This document shows positions 1-12,444 of a stretch of 64,000 nt of DNA, piece after piece. Within the stretch, counting starts at the first letter, position 1. Every line of letters begins with the position of its first letter. The stretch covers positions 372,001 to 436,000 of the forward strand of contig CM060732.1 of the NCBI GenBank assembly GCA_030704615.1. Reading direction: 5' to 3'. The position numbers and the translations under genes are program-made. The DNA comes from Takakia lepidozioides (lineage: Eukaryota > Plantae > Bryophyta). The notes under the pieces were generated by a model. It was given only the letters and a program-made list of their open reading frames with translations, had not been told where the DNA came from and searched no databases.

Positions 1-671
1 CAGGCCATGAGCTTTGTGACCCCCTCTCTTTCTGGGTTCTTTTTTCCATTATCCCATAAGATCTTTGAGCTTCCTGCAGCCATTGTGAAGTATGATCGCA
101 TTTTACCAAGATTGGCGCCTTTGCGAATAGTGGCACCCTTCCATGGCCTGAAGCATACTCAACGGTGCATGATGTTGGTGGGATGAACTGGGTTGTGTAT
201 GCAGCAACGTTGGAGGTGAGTTCCATCTAGCATCTAGCCCTCACAACTGGTGTAGACTAGATCTTGGATGTATACAATTTACGGAACCCTAACTTCATTT
301 GTGATTGTGAGTTGTGAAGGATTACTTCGTTTACACATGTCTTGTGGTGCTGCAGCTGCCAGAACAAGGCCTGGCAAAGGAACTGAACTTATTGTACTCT
401 CTGCTTGCATTGTAGCAATTTCCAGCGATAATAGAGTCTCGGTGTTAGAACTGGCCCGTTTGGAACTCGCGTCGGTTTGGGAAAGCCAATCATCTGGCAG
501 TTCTCAGAGAAATGAGAGGCTCTCGGATGGAGAATGCTGCGGACAGTTAATTTATGGTCATTTGTCAACAGTGGTGGGATAATGCAGGCGAAGTGACTAC
601 CTAATATTTCTTTGAGAATATGCGGAACCTTAGCATTTTCTTGTGGTTACTCTTCGTAACAAACCATTGGT

Positions 672-729
672 GAGGTTTGCTATTTAATGAGCATGAGCGG
701 CATGAGCGGCGATTGAGCGGCATGAGCGG
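672..729. repeat. Terminal inverted repeat with tandem CATGAGC(GG) subterminal units (A left end)
   Basis: gaggtttgctatttaatgagcatgagcggcatgagcggc...; the same motif occurs at 13190-13236, 15185-15237, 23241-23308 and 39358-39411. Confidence 0.85.
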
Positions 730-934
730 AAAGAGAGAGTTAGAAGGGACAATCGGTTTCATGAGCAGGAAGTAAAAATTTCGAAAATAAAAAACAAATA
801 AAAAAACAATAATTTAATGCAATGTGTCAGAAAAAAAACAGATCTATTATCGGCCCTTTGAAGGAATTGCAGTTTGACAGTTGTGCTCATGATATTTCGT
901 CTTCCGCTCATGCCAATTCCCAGCGACATGTGCA

Positions 935-1385
935 AATATGGCGCCGAATTTCGCGGTAATAGGGTCGTAAACCTGGAAAAAACGGCGAAGTATTTCGCCG
1001 GTAATAGGTCTCTTTGGCGAAAAATGGTGCCGAATTCCGCGGCTATAGGTCCCCTCATGACAGGTAATTCGGCGCCATTTCCAGTGCATGTTCGGACTTA
1101 GCCAGTTTTCGGCGCAAAATAGGGAAAATTCGGCGCCATTTTTCCAGACACTGTACTAGTGCATGTTGGGGACTTTAAGCCAGTTTTCGGCCCAAAAAAG
1201 AGAAATTCGGCGCCATTTTTCCAGACACGGTACCAGTGCATGTTAGGACTTAGCCAGTTTTCGGCCCCAAAAAAGAGAAATCGGCGCCATTTTCCTAGAC
1301 ACAGGTGATCCAGTTGCATTGTTGGGACTTAGCAGTTTTTCGGCCCCAAAAAGAGAAATTCGGCGCATTTTTTCCGGAAAATGGC
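935..1385. repeat. Subterminal repeats carrying the family-A motif AAATTCGGCGCCATTTTT
   Basis: Repeated ggacttagccagttttcggc...gaaattcggcgccatttttcc units; mirrored at 12595-13000 and 39610-39970. Confidence 0.8.
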
Positions 1386-1533
1386 CACCACAACTGCTTC
1401 TGTTGGATCTCAGTTTGAATGGAAATATTGCCTCATTCCAGGAGTTTTGGGTTGCATTTCATACACTGCAAAAAAAAATGTCGATACAGCAAAATGCAAT
1501 TGAAATATCCATATGGAGGATTCCCTTTGCCCA

Positions 1534-4150
1534 TCAATGATTTCTGAATCCCTAAGGGAGTAGTTTGTGCCGATCGTTCATGCTCAACGCCGGTGCATGA
1601 ATAAAGTCATCAATAGTCACGTTCATCCTCAACCTCTTCAGGTAAATGTAAAAGATGCTTGCACGGATAATATTGGAACCCTTCTTTGTTTCCATCAACG
1701 AGAAGTCCGTACAATTGCAAGTCGGCTCCACTCCAATCGTTAATGTGTGTTACTATCGTCGCGTACAGCCGAAAGCCGGCGTTTGCCATCCGATAACACG
1801 CCCAAGGTCGGGTGGGGGTACGTCCACGGAGCTATGAATAGTGCAAGTATCCAAGAGCATTGGCAATCCGAGGTCTTCATTCAACTTGTTGGGGAGGGTG
1901 TCGTCTCTCACTCGTCCGAATCGCATTGGTGGATGTGCGAAGAAGGAATATTGTCCAATCCGTCTATACGGGACCGGCAGTCTGCAATGGCTGGGTCTGA
2001 GGAACCGGGAAATGCGTGGCCGGGATGTTTTGGGCGTTGGCACCATTCCTGCCTGTCCGGCCACAAAAGCCCCACTGTTTCCCTTTCAAGAAAGTTGTAC
2101 CTGCATTGCTGCATAATTGAACTCACAATGTCCTCCGTTGTGGCAGTGAGGATGTCCACCCGATGCGCTCAGAGGAGGCACGCCAGGAAGAGTGCACTGA
2201 TTCGGGCCATGTTTGTCGTGGGCATGTCGGTGTCGGGGTCGAGACACATTTCTGCACAAGCCACATGTTCAGGTCACAAGCAAGTTACAAATTGCCAAGA
2301 ATAATATCAACGGGACGCGAATTCGTGCAACTCACCTCCCGAATATAGTCGCCGAACTGGAGGAAGGGAAAGATAATGCCACCATTTGCTAGCCAAACTG
2401 AACCATTCTCCCTCGTCTGATTTCCTTACAGGCACCTGACGATGTCCACCACGCCCGTATGCCTGCAAACTGTGGTCTCTGGCATCATCCAGGTGGGGAG
2501 CGCGCTTCCACCAAGGCACATGGAACGGTGCTCCTCTCGGAAATTCTGGCGCCACGAGCCTGGTGTGTACTGCGAAAAGGGGCTCTGCAAAAACTGGAAC
2601 CACAAGATCTCTCCTTGCCTTCCATGGGAACCACTGTGGGGTCTTGCCCGTACACCCTTCGGATGGCAGCCCAATTTGCTTGTGCGTTGTCAGCCATGAA
2701 AACCACGGGCAATGGGAGGGGGCAAAATCCTGAATTGGCATCGTTAGTATTCGTCACTTGACCAAAGAAACTTGACCAAAGAAACGTTTATTCCCTGCCA
2801 AAGAAGCTCTCCGATTGTGTGTCCTCTCCTTTCATCTCACAAATAGCAATTGTCATTAGCATCCTGCAGTGGGTGTCGTAGACATGTGTACCCACATGTG
2901 TACCATTGTCACCCCCACTGGTGATTTGTAATTCGCTTGATATGGTCGAACATGACCCAACTGTTTGACAAGTTCCCACTCGTCATCCTGTCGACCAGTT
3001 CGACGCCGCTGCAGGTCCACACGTGGACATTTTGAATACGAAACAACGATATGCCTCAGTCCCTTGTCCTTGAAACCTACTTCAATGAATTAGTCATATC
3101 CACATCGTCGCTCTCACCTCCAGAATGGAGTGCATATCCGAGCCACGCCCAATTTTCTGTTTGCATGAGACAATGTGGTTTCGGACATTCGGTGAACATA
3201 CGTGGGACACCGACTCCAGCAATGCTTAAATGTGGAGTTCGGAACCTTCTCCTGAGCTCGAAATGTTGATGAGCTGTGCCTGTCCAATCGGTCTCGTTCC
3301 TGTGACCTCTGGATTTAAAGTGGAAGCAAGTTGGGGGAAAACAAAACCGCAACGCGCCCCCACAAACAATGTAGCGCACCCGCACACTCGAGCATCTTCA
3401 TGCTGGTGGGTTTGGTAACGCACCAAGGATGACCGTCATGTTTCTATCCATATCTGTCAACATTCCGGACGCCCTCCGAGGAGTCCGCCCGAGAGGGAAC
3501 TCAAAGAAGATATTACCGTCGACGTCGGCGGGAAGGCATGTAACCGATTTAATGCGAACTTGCTGTAGTCCAGCCCGGCCAGCTCCTCCGACCGGTGTCC
3601 CTCCAGGTGAAGCCCTCGCAGAATTTCAAGAATAGATCGAACTGCGGTGCTTGTGCTGGGAATATGACTCCCTCGTCCACTGACGTCCATTGAGGACTTG
3701 CCTGATCTCCAGGACGACCTCGGGAACTTCCATGACCTCGTCTGAGTCGGACAGGTTGTGAACAACCCGGTTCTCGCTCGTCTTCATGGATGGGTTCGGC
3801 TCTGGATTTACTTCGTTGCGGACTTCTCTCTTTGAGGTAGCCACTCTTTGAGGTAGCCACTCTCTGATTCGCGGATTGTTTCGTGGAAGGCGCCAGGATA
3901 GAAGGTGCATTTGGCGGCAAATGAAGTCCCCAACAGCCCTGTATATGACGCTGTCCGATGGTGGAAACCGCCATTCCCTGCCATCGCCGAAATCATCGTG
4001 GAGCACAACAATACTCTCGCCGAAATCATCGTGGAGCACAACAATACTCTCGACACAAGGCCGTTAGAGTCCTTCCTTTCCTCCTCCAAAAAACCCGACC
4101 CCGGTTTCAGGTGGTATCGAACGCACAGATATTATCTCCATCACCCGGCA
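1534..4150 (-). pseudogene. MULE transposase pseudogene (GCM-like N-terminus, DDE, SWIM) with frameshifts and deletions
   Basis: Fragments RNETDWTG, HVYDTHCRMLMTIAICEMKGED, FMADNAQANWAAIR and a C-terminal CNCTDF...KH. Colinear with copy D but lacks D ~40625-41320 and ~42430-42740. Confidence 0.8.
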
Positions 4151-4529
4151 GATGTCCCCTCTGCACGGAAATGAAGCTCTATGCTCGTGAGGAGGGCAGT
4201 ACACCTGTAGCGCTCGGGTTTTCCGCCATGGGAGATGTGCACACAAGACTGCCAGGATGGCGTGCGGGAAGCTCCCTGGTAGAAGGGGGATGCAGCGATG
4301 GGAATGAATGCGATGCCGATTTGTCCGAGCGACGAAGCCTGATCCAAATCCAGGGAGCCAACTATCTCAAAAATCCACAGTCAGAGTGTTAATGAACCTT
4401 GTCTCCGGAATGCGGCCCCTGGTCTTTGCGCAATAACTGCCAACGGTATGCAGTCAGAAAGTGGGGGCCGTCCGGATGATGACGGCTGAAGGGGAGAAGC
4501 CGGCACCGTGCCGTCACATTACTACCCCC

Positions 4530-5800
4530 AAATGGAAATTCGGCACCAATATCCAACAGGGGAAGCCCGGATGAAGTTGCCTCGGGCGCAGAGGCCGGCG
4601 CGGTGTGCGACAGAGAACATCCCCTGGATGGAGATTCGGCGCCGAATTTCCATCCGGGCCCCCCCAAAGGAAGTCGTGTCGGGGGGTCAAGCCGAAAACT
4701 GGCCGGCATAAAATAAAAATCCCCAGATGGAAAAACGGCGCCGAATTTCATCCGGGCGGTTCGGTTGCACTCGGGGAGGGGGGAGAGGCCGGCACTTGGC
4801 CGTCACATTTCAAACCCCCGGACGGAAATTCGGCACCTAATATCGAACAGGGGACGCCCGGATGAAGTCGCCTCGGGCGTAGAGGTCGGACGTGTTCGAC
4901 AGAGAGCATCCCTCGATGGAGATTCGGCACCGAATTTCCATCAGACCTCCCAAAGGTCGTGTTGGGGGTCAGACCGAAAACTGGCCGACATAAAAACCTC
5001 CCAGATGGGAAAATGGCGCCGAATTTCAATCCGGGGGCCGTTCCAATGCAGTCGGGAGGGGGGGAGAGGTCGGCACCTGGCCGTCATATTTTTCAACCCC
5101 GGACGGAAATTCGGCACCGAATATCCAACAGAGCGGCGGAGAGGCCGACACCTCTCCGACAGAGACCATCCCCCCGGATGGAAATTCAGCGCCGAATTCC
5201 ATCCAGCAGGTAAGTGCAATCCCGGACGGATAGAAATCCGGCGCCGAATTTCCATCCATCCGGGATTCGAATTACCTGCAGGATGGAAATACGGCGCCGG
5301 ATTTCCATCCATCCGGGATTCCACTTACCTGCTGGAGTGGAAATTCGGCGCCGAATTTCCATCCATCCGAGATTGCAATTACCTGCTGGATGGAAATTCG
5401 GCGCCGGATTTCCATCCATCGGGGCCTGCAGGATGGAAATGCGGCGCCGGATTTCCATCCATCCGCTTCGGAATAACCTGCGTGAGGGAAATTTCACGCG
5501 CCGCCCTACCTGCGCGGATGGAAATTCGGCGCCGGATTTCCATCCATCCGCTTCCGAATTACCTGCGTGAGGGAATTTGGCGCGCCGCCCTACCGAATTT
5601 GCAGCGCCGACTTACCTGGAGGATGGAAATCCGGCGCCGGATTTCCATCCATCCGCGCTACGAATTACCTGCATGATGAAATTTTTGCGCGGCGCGACCT
5701 ACCTGGCGGATGGAAAATCCGGCGCCGGATTTCCATCCATCCGCTCTTCGAATTACCTGCATGACTGGAAAAATGGTGCCGAATTTCCAATTTTGGTGCC
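4530..5800. repeat. Palindrome array of element A (GGATGGAAATTCGGCGCCGAATTTCCATCC)
   Basis: Many copies of the 30-bp palindrome and its variants: a ~290-bp higher-order unit at 4530-5200, then a ~50-60-bp unit at 5180-5800. Confidence 0.9.
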
Positions 5801-6384
5801 AGTCAGATCTGGGACTTAGCCATTTTCGGCCCCGAACTGGAAAAAATGGCGCCCAAAAAAAAAAAAAAAAAAAAAAACTCCATTTTTCCTGTTCGGGGCC
5901 GAAAACGGCTAAGTCCCAGATCTGACTGGCACCAAAATCCGAAATTCGGCGCCATTTTTCCAGTCATTGAGGTAATTCGAAGAGCGGATGGATGGAAATC
6001 CGGCGTCGGATTTCCATCCATCCGCGCTCCGAATTACCTGCATGATGGAAGTTTTGCGCGCCGACCTACTCCGGTGCCGGATTTCCATCCATCCGCTCTT
6101 TCGAATTACTGCATGACTGGAAAAATGGCGCTGAATTTCCGATTTTGGTGCCAATCAGATCTGGGACTTGGCCATTTTCGGCCCCGAACTGGAAAAATGG
6201 CGCCGAAAAAGAAAAAGAAAAAGAAAAAAAAGAAGAAAAAAAAACGCCATTTTTCGTGTTCGAGTCCGAAAACGGCTAAGTCCCAAATCTGACTAGCACC
6301 CAAAATCGGAAATTCGGCGCCATTTTTCCAGTTCTGGGCCCAGTCAGATCTGGGACTTAGCCATTTTCGGCCCCGAACTGGAAA

Positions 6385-6440
<56 letters not shown>

Positions 6441-6952
6441 CATTTTTCCTGTTCGGGGCCGAAAACGGCTAAGTCCCAGATCTGACTGGCAACCAGATCT
6501 GACTGGCACCAAAATCGGAAATTCGGCGCCATTTTTCCAGTCATGGAGGTAATTCGAAGAGCGGATGGATGGAAATCCGGCGCCGGATTTCCATCCATCC
6601 GCGCTCCGAATTACCTGCATGATGGAAGTTTTGCACGCCGACCTACTCCGGTGCCGAATTTCCATCCATCCGCTCTTCGAATTACCTGCATGACTGGAAA
6701 AATGGCGCTGAATTTCCGATTTTGGTGCCAATCAGATCTGGGGCTTGGCCATTTTCGGCCCCCGAACTGGAAAAATGGCGCCGAAAAAAAAAAGAAAAAG
6801 AAAAAAAAAAAACGCCATTTTTCGTGTTCGAGTCCGAAAACGGCTAAGTCCCAAATCTGACTAGCACCCAAAATCGGAAATTCGGCGCCATTTTTCCAGT
6901 TCTGGGCCCAGTCAGATCTGGGACTTAGCCATTTTCGGCCCCGAACTGGAAA

Positions 6953-6993
<41 letters not shown>

Positions 6994-7321
6994 CATTTTT
7001 CCTGTTCGGGGCCGAAAACGGCTAAGTCCCAGATCTGACTGGCACCAAAATCGGAAATTCGGCGCCATTTTTCCAGTCATGGAGGTAATTCGAAGAGCGG
7101 ATGGATGGAAATCCGGCGCCGGATTTCCATCCATCCGCGCTCCGAATTACCTGCATGATGGAAGTTTTGCGCGCCGACCTACTCCGGTGCCGGATTTCCA
7201 TCCATCCGCTCGTCGAATTACCTGCATGACTGGAAAAATGGCGCTGAATTTCCGATTTTGGTGCCAATCAGATCTGGGACTTGGCCATTTTCGGCCCCGA
7301 ACTGGAAAAATGGCGCCGAAA

Positions 7322-7353
<32 letters not shown>

Positions 7354-7735
7354 AACGCCATTTTTCGTGTTCGAGTCCGAAAACGGCTAAGTCCCAAATC
7401 TGACTAGCACCCAAAATCGGAAATTCGGCGCCATTTTTTCCAGTTCTGGGCCCAGTCAGATCTGGGACTTAGCCATTTTCGGCCCCGAACTAGAAAAATG
7501 GCGCCGAAAAAAAAAAAAAAAAAAAAAAAAAAAACGTCATTTTTTTCCAGTTTGGGGCTCTATCAGATCAGGGACTTAGCCATTTTCGGCCCCGAAAATG
7601 GCTAAGTCCCGAGGGTGGCTGGCACCAAAATCGGAAATTCAGCGCCATTTTTTCAGTCATGCATGTAATTCGATGAGCGGATGGATGGAAATCCGGCACC
7701 GGATTTCCATCCTCCAGGTAGGTCGGCGCGCAAAA
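5801..7735. repeat. ~540-bp tandem unit x3 plus a partial copy, built of hairpins with poly-A loops and palindromes
   Basis: Units start gtcagatctgggacttagcc at ~5802, ~6343, ~6911 and ~7454. Confidence 0.9.
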
Positions 7736-7739
7736 TTTG

Positions 7740-7921
7740 GGGGAGAAGATGGGGGAGAAGATGCAGAAGATTCCCAGGAGGTGAGGTGGACAGTCCCCCA
7801 AGAGGACGGGATTTTTGAGAGGCATAGTGGAACTGATGCATCACAAAGCTCGGAGGATGAGGGGGATGAGGGGGATGAGGAAGAAGGTGGGGCAAGTTCC
7901 TCGGAGGGTGTAGGAGAATAG
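7740..7921 (+). pseudogene. Acidic C-terminal coding remnant, possibly the 3' end of the deleted cargo gene of A
   Basis: GEDGGEDAEDSQE...SSEDEGDEGDEEEGGASSSEGVGE* lies between the array and the GGGGG-type end, where the cargo gene ends in element C. Confidence 0.35.
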
Positions 7922-9380
7922 TGCCCATTCCGGCTATGACAGTTAGAACACACTTGTATAGACGTGGCTTGCCACAAAATTTGCAATAATATGTTGCATT
8001 TCAAGTCCACTGGTGCCACATTCCAACTTCACATGACCCTATTTCCGTGCCTCCTAACCCTATTTCCGTGGACTCACAATGGTCTGCTCATGTTTTTTTT
8101 TTTTTGCCGCTCATGAAATAGCAGCCCCCCAACATTGGTCATGCTCGAAGGCAGTGTGAACGCTTTGCGACTGCAGGAATTGCGGTTGTACCTACTAATG
8201 CCCAGGAATCTTTCATGAGAACATGCAGCAGACTGTTGCGGACTGTGTAGGGCAGTGGAGAGCTTCTGTGATTAAATTCTTGGGCACCCTTTTTTTTCTC
8301 CATGCATGCACCTGGCTCAACCCAGCTTAATTACCCACCAATCGGTCGTGTTATCCTTCCTGTAGGTGATAATAGAGTTGGTGATTACGTGTGGAGGCTA
8401 CAATGAAGATTGCTGAGTGTATAAGTGGCTGCCGATGACATTGTTTGACATCACCTTCACTCAATGCCCATGTCTAGCTCCAGGTTTATCTTTTCGATGT
8501 CTATCTCTACTCAGATTTGGGGGTGTGTCCTATGGTCTGCCTGTTTTGTCTCCTTTCGAATCTCAACGTCAACACTGTTGATCTCAATTTTGAGCTCCAT
8601 GTCCGGCTGTTAACTTTCTGCTTTTTCTCCACCACTTCCTTATTGGCAAGTAGTTGCCCGAATTTAAGGAAGGTTGATCCTTCTAGTCTAAACAACTGCT
8701 CGGACCTTGACTAGGATAGAGGTCTCTGAATAGCTGACAGTATCTGCTATCCTCTTAAGGTGACATATTCTGTTTGCCTGCCGGAGGCATACTTCCTGAA
8801 TTGGCCTTGAGAGGGTCCAAAGCCCAGCTGAGAGTCCATGGCGATCTTGACAAGTAGAAGTAAAGCTTGGGTAAGCTTATGCTTTGGATGTCCTTTGCAC
8901 ATGTCACTCCCAAGATCCCCATCTCATGTTTCTCTGGACCACTATGCCATGTTCCTACTTGCGACATGAAATACAAGGTTCTTGCTGCCACAGCTGATGG
9001 TTTAGCAGTGACCAATATCTGCTGGTAAAGAGACAGTGTGAGCATGAATGGATGTGGAGAGACATAGCACTTCACCCATCAGGAACTGAAAAAGTTGCAA
9101 AGCTTCAGGAGAATATTTTCGAGTGTACCTCCATAGCAATCATATCCATGTAATGGCACCTTTGAATACATGATGACTATTTGGCATAACATTTTCCTCA
9201 CCTAAACTGGTGTTAAACAGACGGAGCATAGCAAAGAAATCACATTGCTAGATGTCCAGTGAGAAACATGTTTATTGTGTTTGACTTTGATTTGTTTACA
9301 TAACATATTTAGACCTTATTTATGTATGTGGGTCTATCCTCTCATGTCATTTGGGTGTCTGGATCTTCTTTTAGATCAAT

Positions 9381-10960
9381 ATGGCGCGCAAAATTTCCCT
9401 CATGCAGGTAATTCGGAGAGCAGCAGAATGGAAATTCAGGGCCGAATTTCCATCCTGCCAGGTAAGGCGGCGCGCGAAATTTCCGCCACGCAGGTAATTC
9501 GGAGCGGATGGATGGAAATCCGTCGCCGGATTTCCATCATGCCGGTTAGGGCGGGGCGCGAAATTTCCGCCACGCAGGTAATTCGGAGCGGATGGATGGA
9601 AATCCGGCGCCGGATTTCCATCCGGCAGGTAGGGCGGCACGCAAAATTTGCATCATGCAGGTAATTCCGAGCGGATCAGGATGGAAATTCGGCGCCGAAT
9701 TTCCATCCGGCAGGTTACTCGGATCGCTGGCGGATGGAAATTCGGCGCCAAATTTCCATTCGCCAGGTAAGTCGAAGCGCCGAATTACCTTCCTGGAGGT
9801 AATTCTGAGCGTGGCCGCTTGGTTTTTCGGAGAAAAACAAAGTAAACTTTTAGTTTTGTGGCTGAAGTCCACTTTTAGACACGTTTTTCATGGAATCTTT
9901 GACTGCAAGAGGGAAATTCGGCGCCGTTTTTCCATCCTGTTCGGTTTTTATATCGTCCAGTTTTGGGCCTCACCACCCGACCGGACTTCCTTTGAGGGGG
10001 CCCGGATGGAAATTTGGCGGCGAATTTCCATCCGGGGGATGGTATCTGTCGGACAGGTGCCGGCCTCTACGCCCGAGGTGACTTCGTCCGGGCGTCACCT
10101 GTTTGATATTCGGTGCCGAATTTCCGTCCGGGGGTTGAAATGTGACGGCCAGGTGCCGGCCTCTCCCCCTCCCCGACTGCATCCGAACCGCCCCGCACGG
10201 AAATTCGGCGCCGTTTTTCCATCCTATTCGGTTTTTATATCGTCCAGTTTTGGGCCTCACCACCCGACCGGACTTCCTTTGAGGGGGCCCGGATGGAAAT
10301 TCGGCGGCGAATTTCCATCCGGGGGATGGTCTCTGTCGGACAGGTGCCGGCCTCTACGCCCGAGGCGACTTCGTCCGGGCGTCACCTGTTGGATATTCGG
10401 TGCCGAATTTCCGTCCAGGGGTTGAAATGTGACGGCATCCGAACGGCCCCGGATGGAAATTCTGCGCCGTTTTCCCATCTGGGGAGGTTTTTATGTCGGC
10501 CAGTTTTCGGCCTGCCCCCCCGACATGACTTCGTTTGGTGGGGCCCGGATGGAAATTCGGCGCCGAATCTCCATCCAGGGGATGCTCTCTGTCGAACACG
10601 CGCCGGCCTCTACGCCCGAGGCGACTTCATCCGGGCTTCCCCTGTTGGATATTCGGTGCCGAATTTCCGTCCGGGGGTTGTAATGTGAGGGCCAGGTGCC
10701 GGCCTCTCCCCCCTCCCCGACTGCATCCGAACGCCTCGGATGGAAATTCGGCGCCGTTTTTCCATCCGGGGAGGTTTTTATGTCGGCCAGTTTTCGGCCT
10801 AACCCCCCGACACGACTTCCTTTGGGGGGGCCCGGATGGAAATTCGGCGCCGAATCTCCATCCAAGGGATGTTCTCTGTCGCACACGCGCCGGCCTCTGC
10901 GCCCGAGGCAACTTCATCCGGGCTTCCCCTGTTGGATATTGGGTGCCGAATTTCCATTTG
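9381..10960. repeat. Palindrome array of element B
   Basis: ggatggaaattcggcgccgaatttccatcc copies; ~290-bp unit repeated near 9910, 10198, 10451 and 10738. Confidence 0.9.
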
Positions 10961-11339
10961 GGGGTAGTAATGTGACGGCACGGTGCCGGCTTCTCCCCTT
11001 CAGCCGTCATCATCCGGACGGCCCCCACTTTCTGACTGCATACCGTTGGCAGTTATTGCGCAAAGACCAGGGGCCGCATTCCGGAGACAAGGTTCATTAA
11101 CACTCTGACTGTGGATTTTTGAGATAGTTGGCTCCCTAGATTTGGATCAGGCTTCGTCGCTCGGACAAATCGGCACCGCATTCCTTCCCATCGCTGCATC
11201 CCCCTTCTACCAGGGAGCTTGCCCGCACGCCATCGTGGGAGTCTTGTGTGCACATCTCCCATGGCGGAAAACCCGAGCGCTACAGTGTACTGCCCTCCTC
11301 ATGAGCATAGAGCTTCATTTCCGTGCAGAGGGGACATCT

Positions 11340-12444
11340 GCCGGGTGATGGAGAAATATCTGTGCGTTCGATACCACCTGAAACCGGGGTCGGTTTTTTT
11401 GGAGGAGGAAAGGAAGGACTCAAACGGCGTTGTTGTCGAGAGTATTGTTGTGCTCCACGATGATTTCGGCGATGGCAGGGAATGGCGAGTTCCACCATCG
11501 GACAACGTCATATACAGGGCTGTTGGGGACTTCATTTGCCCGCCAAATGCACCTTCTATCCTGGCGCCTTCCACAAAACAATCCGCGAATCAGAGAGTGG
11601 CTACCTCAAAGAGAGAAGTCCGCAACGAAGTAAATCCAGAGCCGAACCCATCCATGAAGACGAGCGAGAACCGGGTTGTTCACAACCTGTCCGACTCAGT
11701 TGAGGTCATGGAAGTTCCGAGGTCGTCCTGGAGATCAGGCAAGTCCTCAATGGACGTCAGTGGACGAGGGCCACAACACAGACGTTTTGGTTCTGTAGGC
11801 ACGACATAATGACCTGTGTATTTGGCAAGCCCAAGTACGGGATTCAGGGAATGCCAGAGCCTCCGGGCGTCTGGCCTGTTGCACCGGGTTGCAGCCTATC
11901 TCAGAATGAGGCGGATGCTCTATCTGCAGCAGGATTTCGAATGGTGCAACGCACAGACGTCCCGGCCCACGCATTTCCAGTTCCTGAGACCCAGCCATTG
12001 CAGACTGCTCGGTCCAGTAGAGACGGATTGGACAATTCTGCACATCCCACAATGCGATTCGGAAGAGTGAAGAGACGACACCCTCCCAACAAGTTGAATG
12101 AGACTCGGATTGCCAATGCTCTTGGGATGGCTTGCACTATTCAGAGCTCCGTGGACGTACCTCCACCCGGCCTTGGGCGTGTTTATCGGATGGCAATGGC
12201 CGGCTCGGCTGTACGCGACAATGTATACACAATTACGATTGGAGTGGAGCCGACTTGCAATTGTACGGACTTCACGTTGATGGAAGCAAAGAAGGGTTCA
12301 AAGTATTATCCGTGCAAGCATCTGTATTACATTTACCTGAAGAGGTTGAGGATGAACGTGACTATTGATGACTTTATTCATGCACCGGCGTTGAGCGTGA
12401 ACGAGCTGCACAAACTCCTCCTTAGGGATTCCAGAAATCATTGA
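11340..12444 (+). pseudogene. Deleted MULE transposase: N-terminus joined at ~11770 to the SWIM region; ORF 11809-12444 is open
   Basis: YTITIGVEPTCNCTDF...YYPCKHLYYIY is a SWIM CxCx(n)CxH motif; the DDE core is absent compared with D. Confidence 0.8.

Larger units (their letters stand above)
672..8130 (-). mobile_element. MULE-like DNA transposon copy A (internally deleted, both ends present)
   Basis: Left end gaggtttgctatttaatgagc (672). Right end gctcatgaaatagcagcccccc (8130). Flanks accattggt (663-671) and aacattggt (8131-8139) form a 9-bp TSD with 1 mismatch. Degenerate DDE-SWIM transposase inside. Confidence 0.85.

Noticed and set aside
4389-7400. Many ORFs with MEIRRRISI / WKFGAEFPS / DGNSAPNFH peptides
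   Set aside because: Translations of the stop-free palindrome in all six frames; the same applies to 9275-11100 and 17880-21400.
4530-7735. High CpG content of the arrays as proof of protection from methylation
   Set aside because: Frequent CGGCACCG/CGGTGCCG variants fit deamination of the central CG, and the chromovirus is also CpG-rich; methylome data are needed.
8131-9380. Host gene split by element A (with 1-671)
   Set aside because: Only short ORFs with no recognisable motif; cannot be supported.
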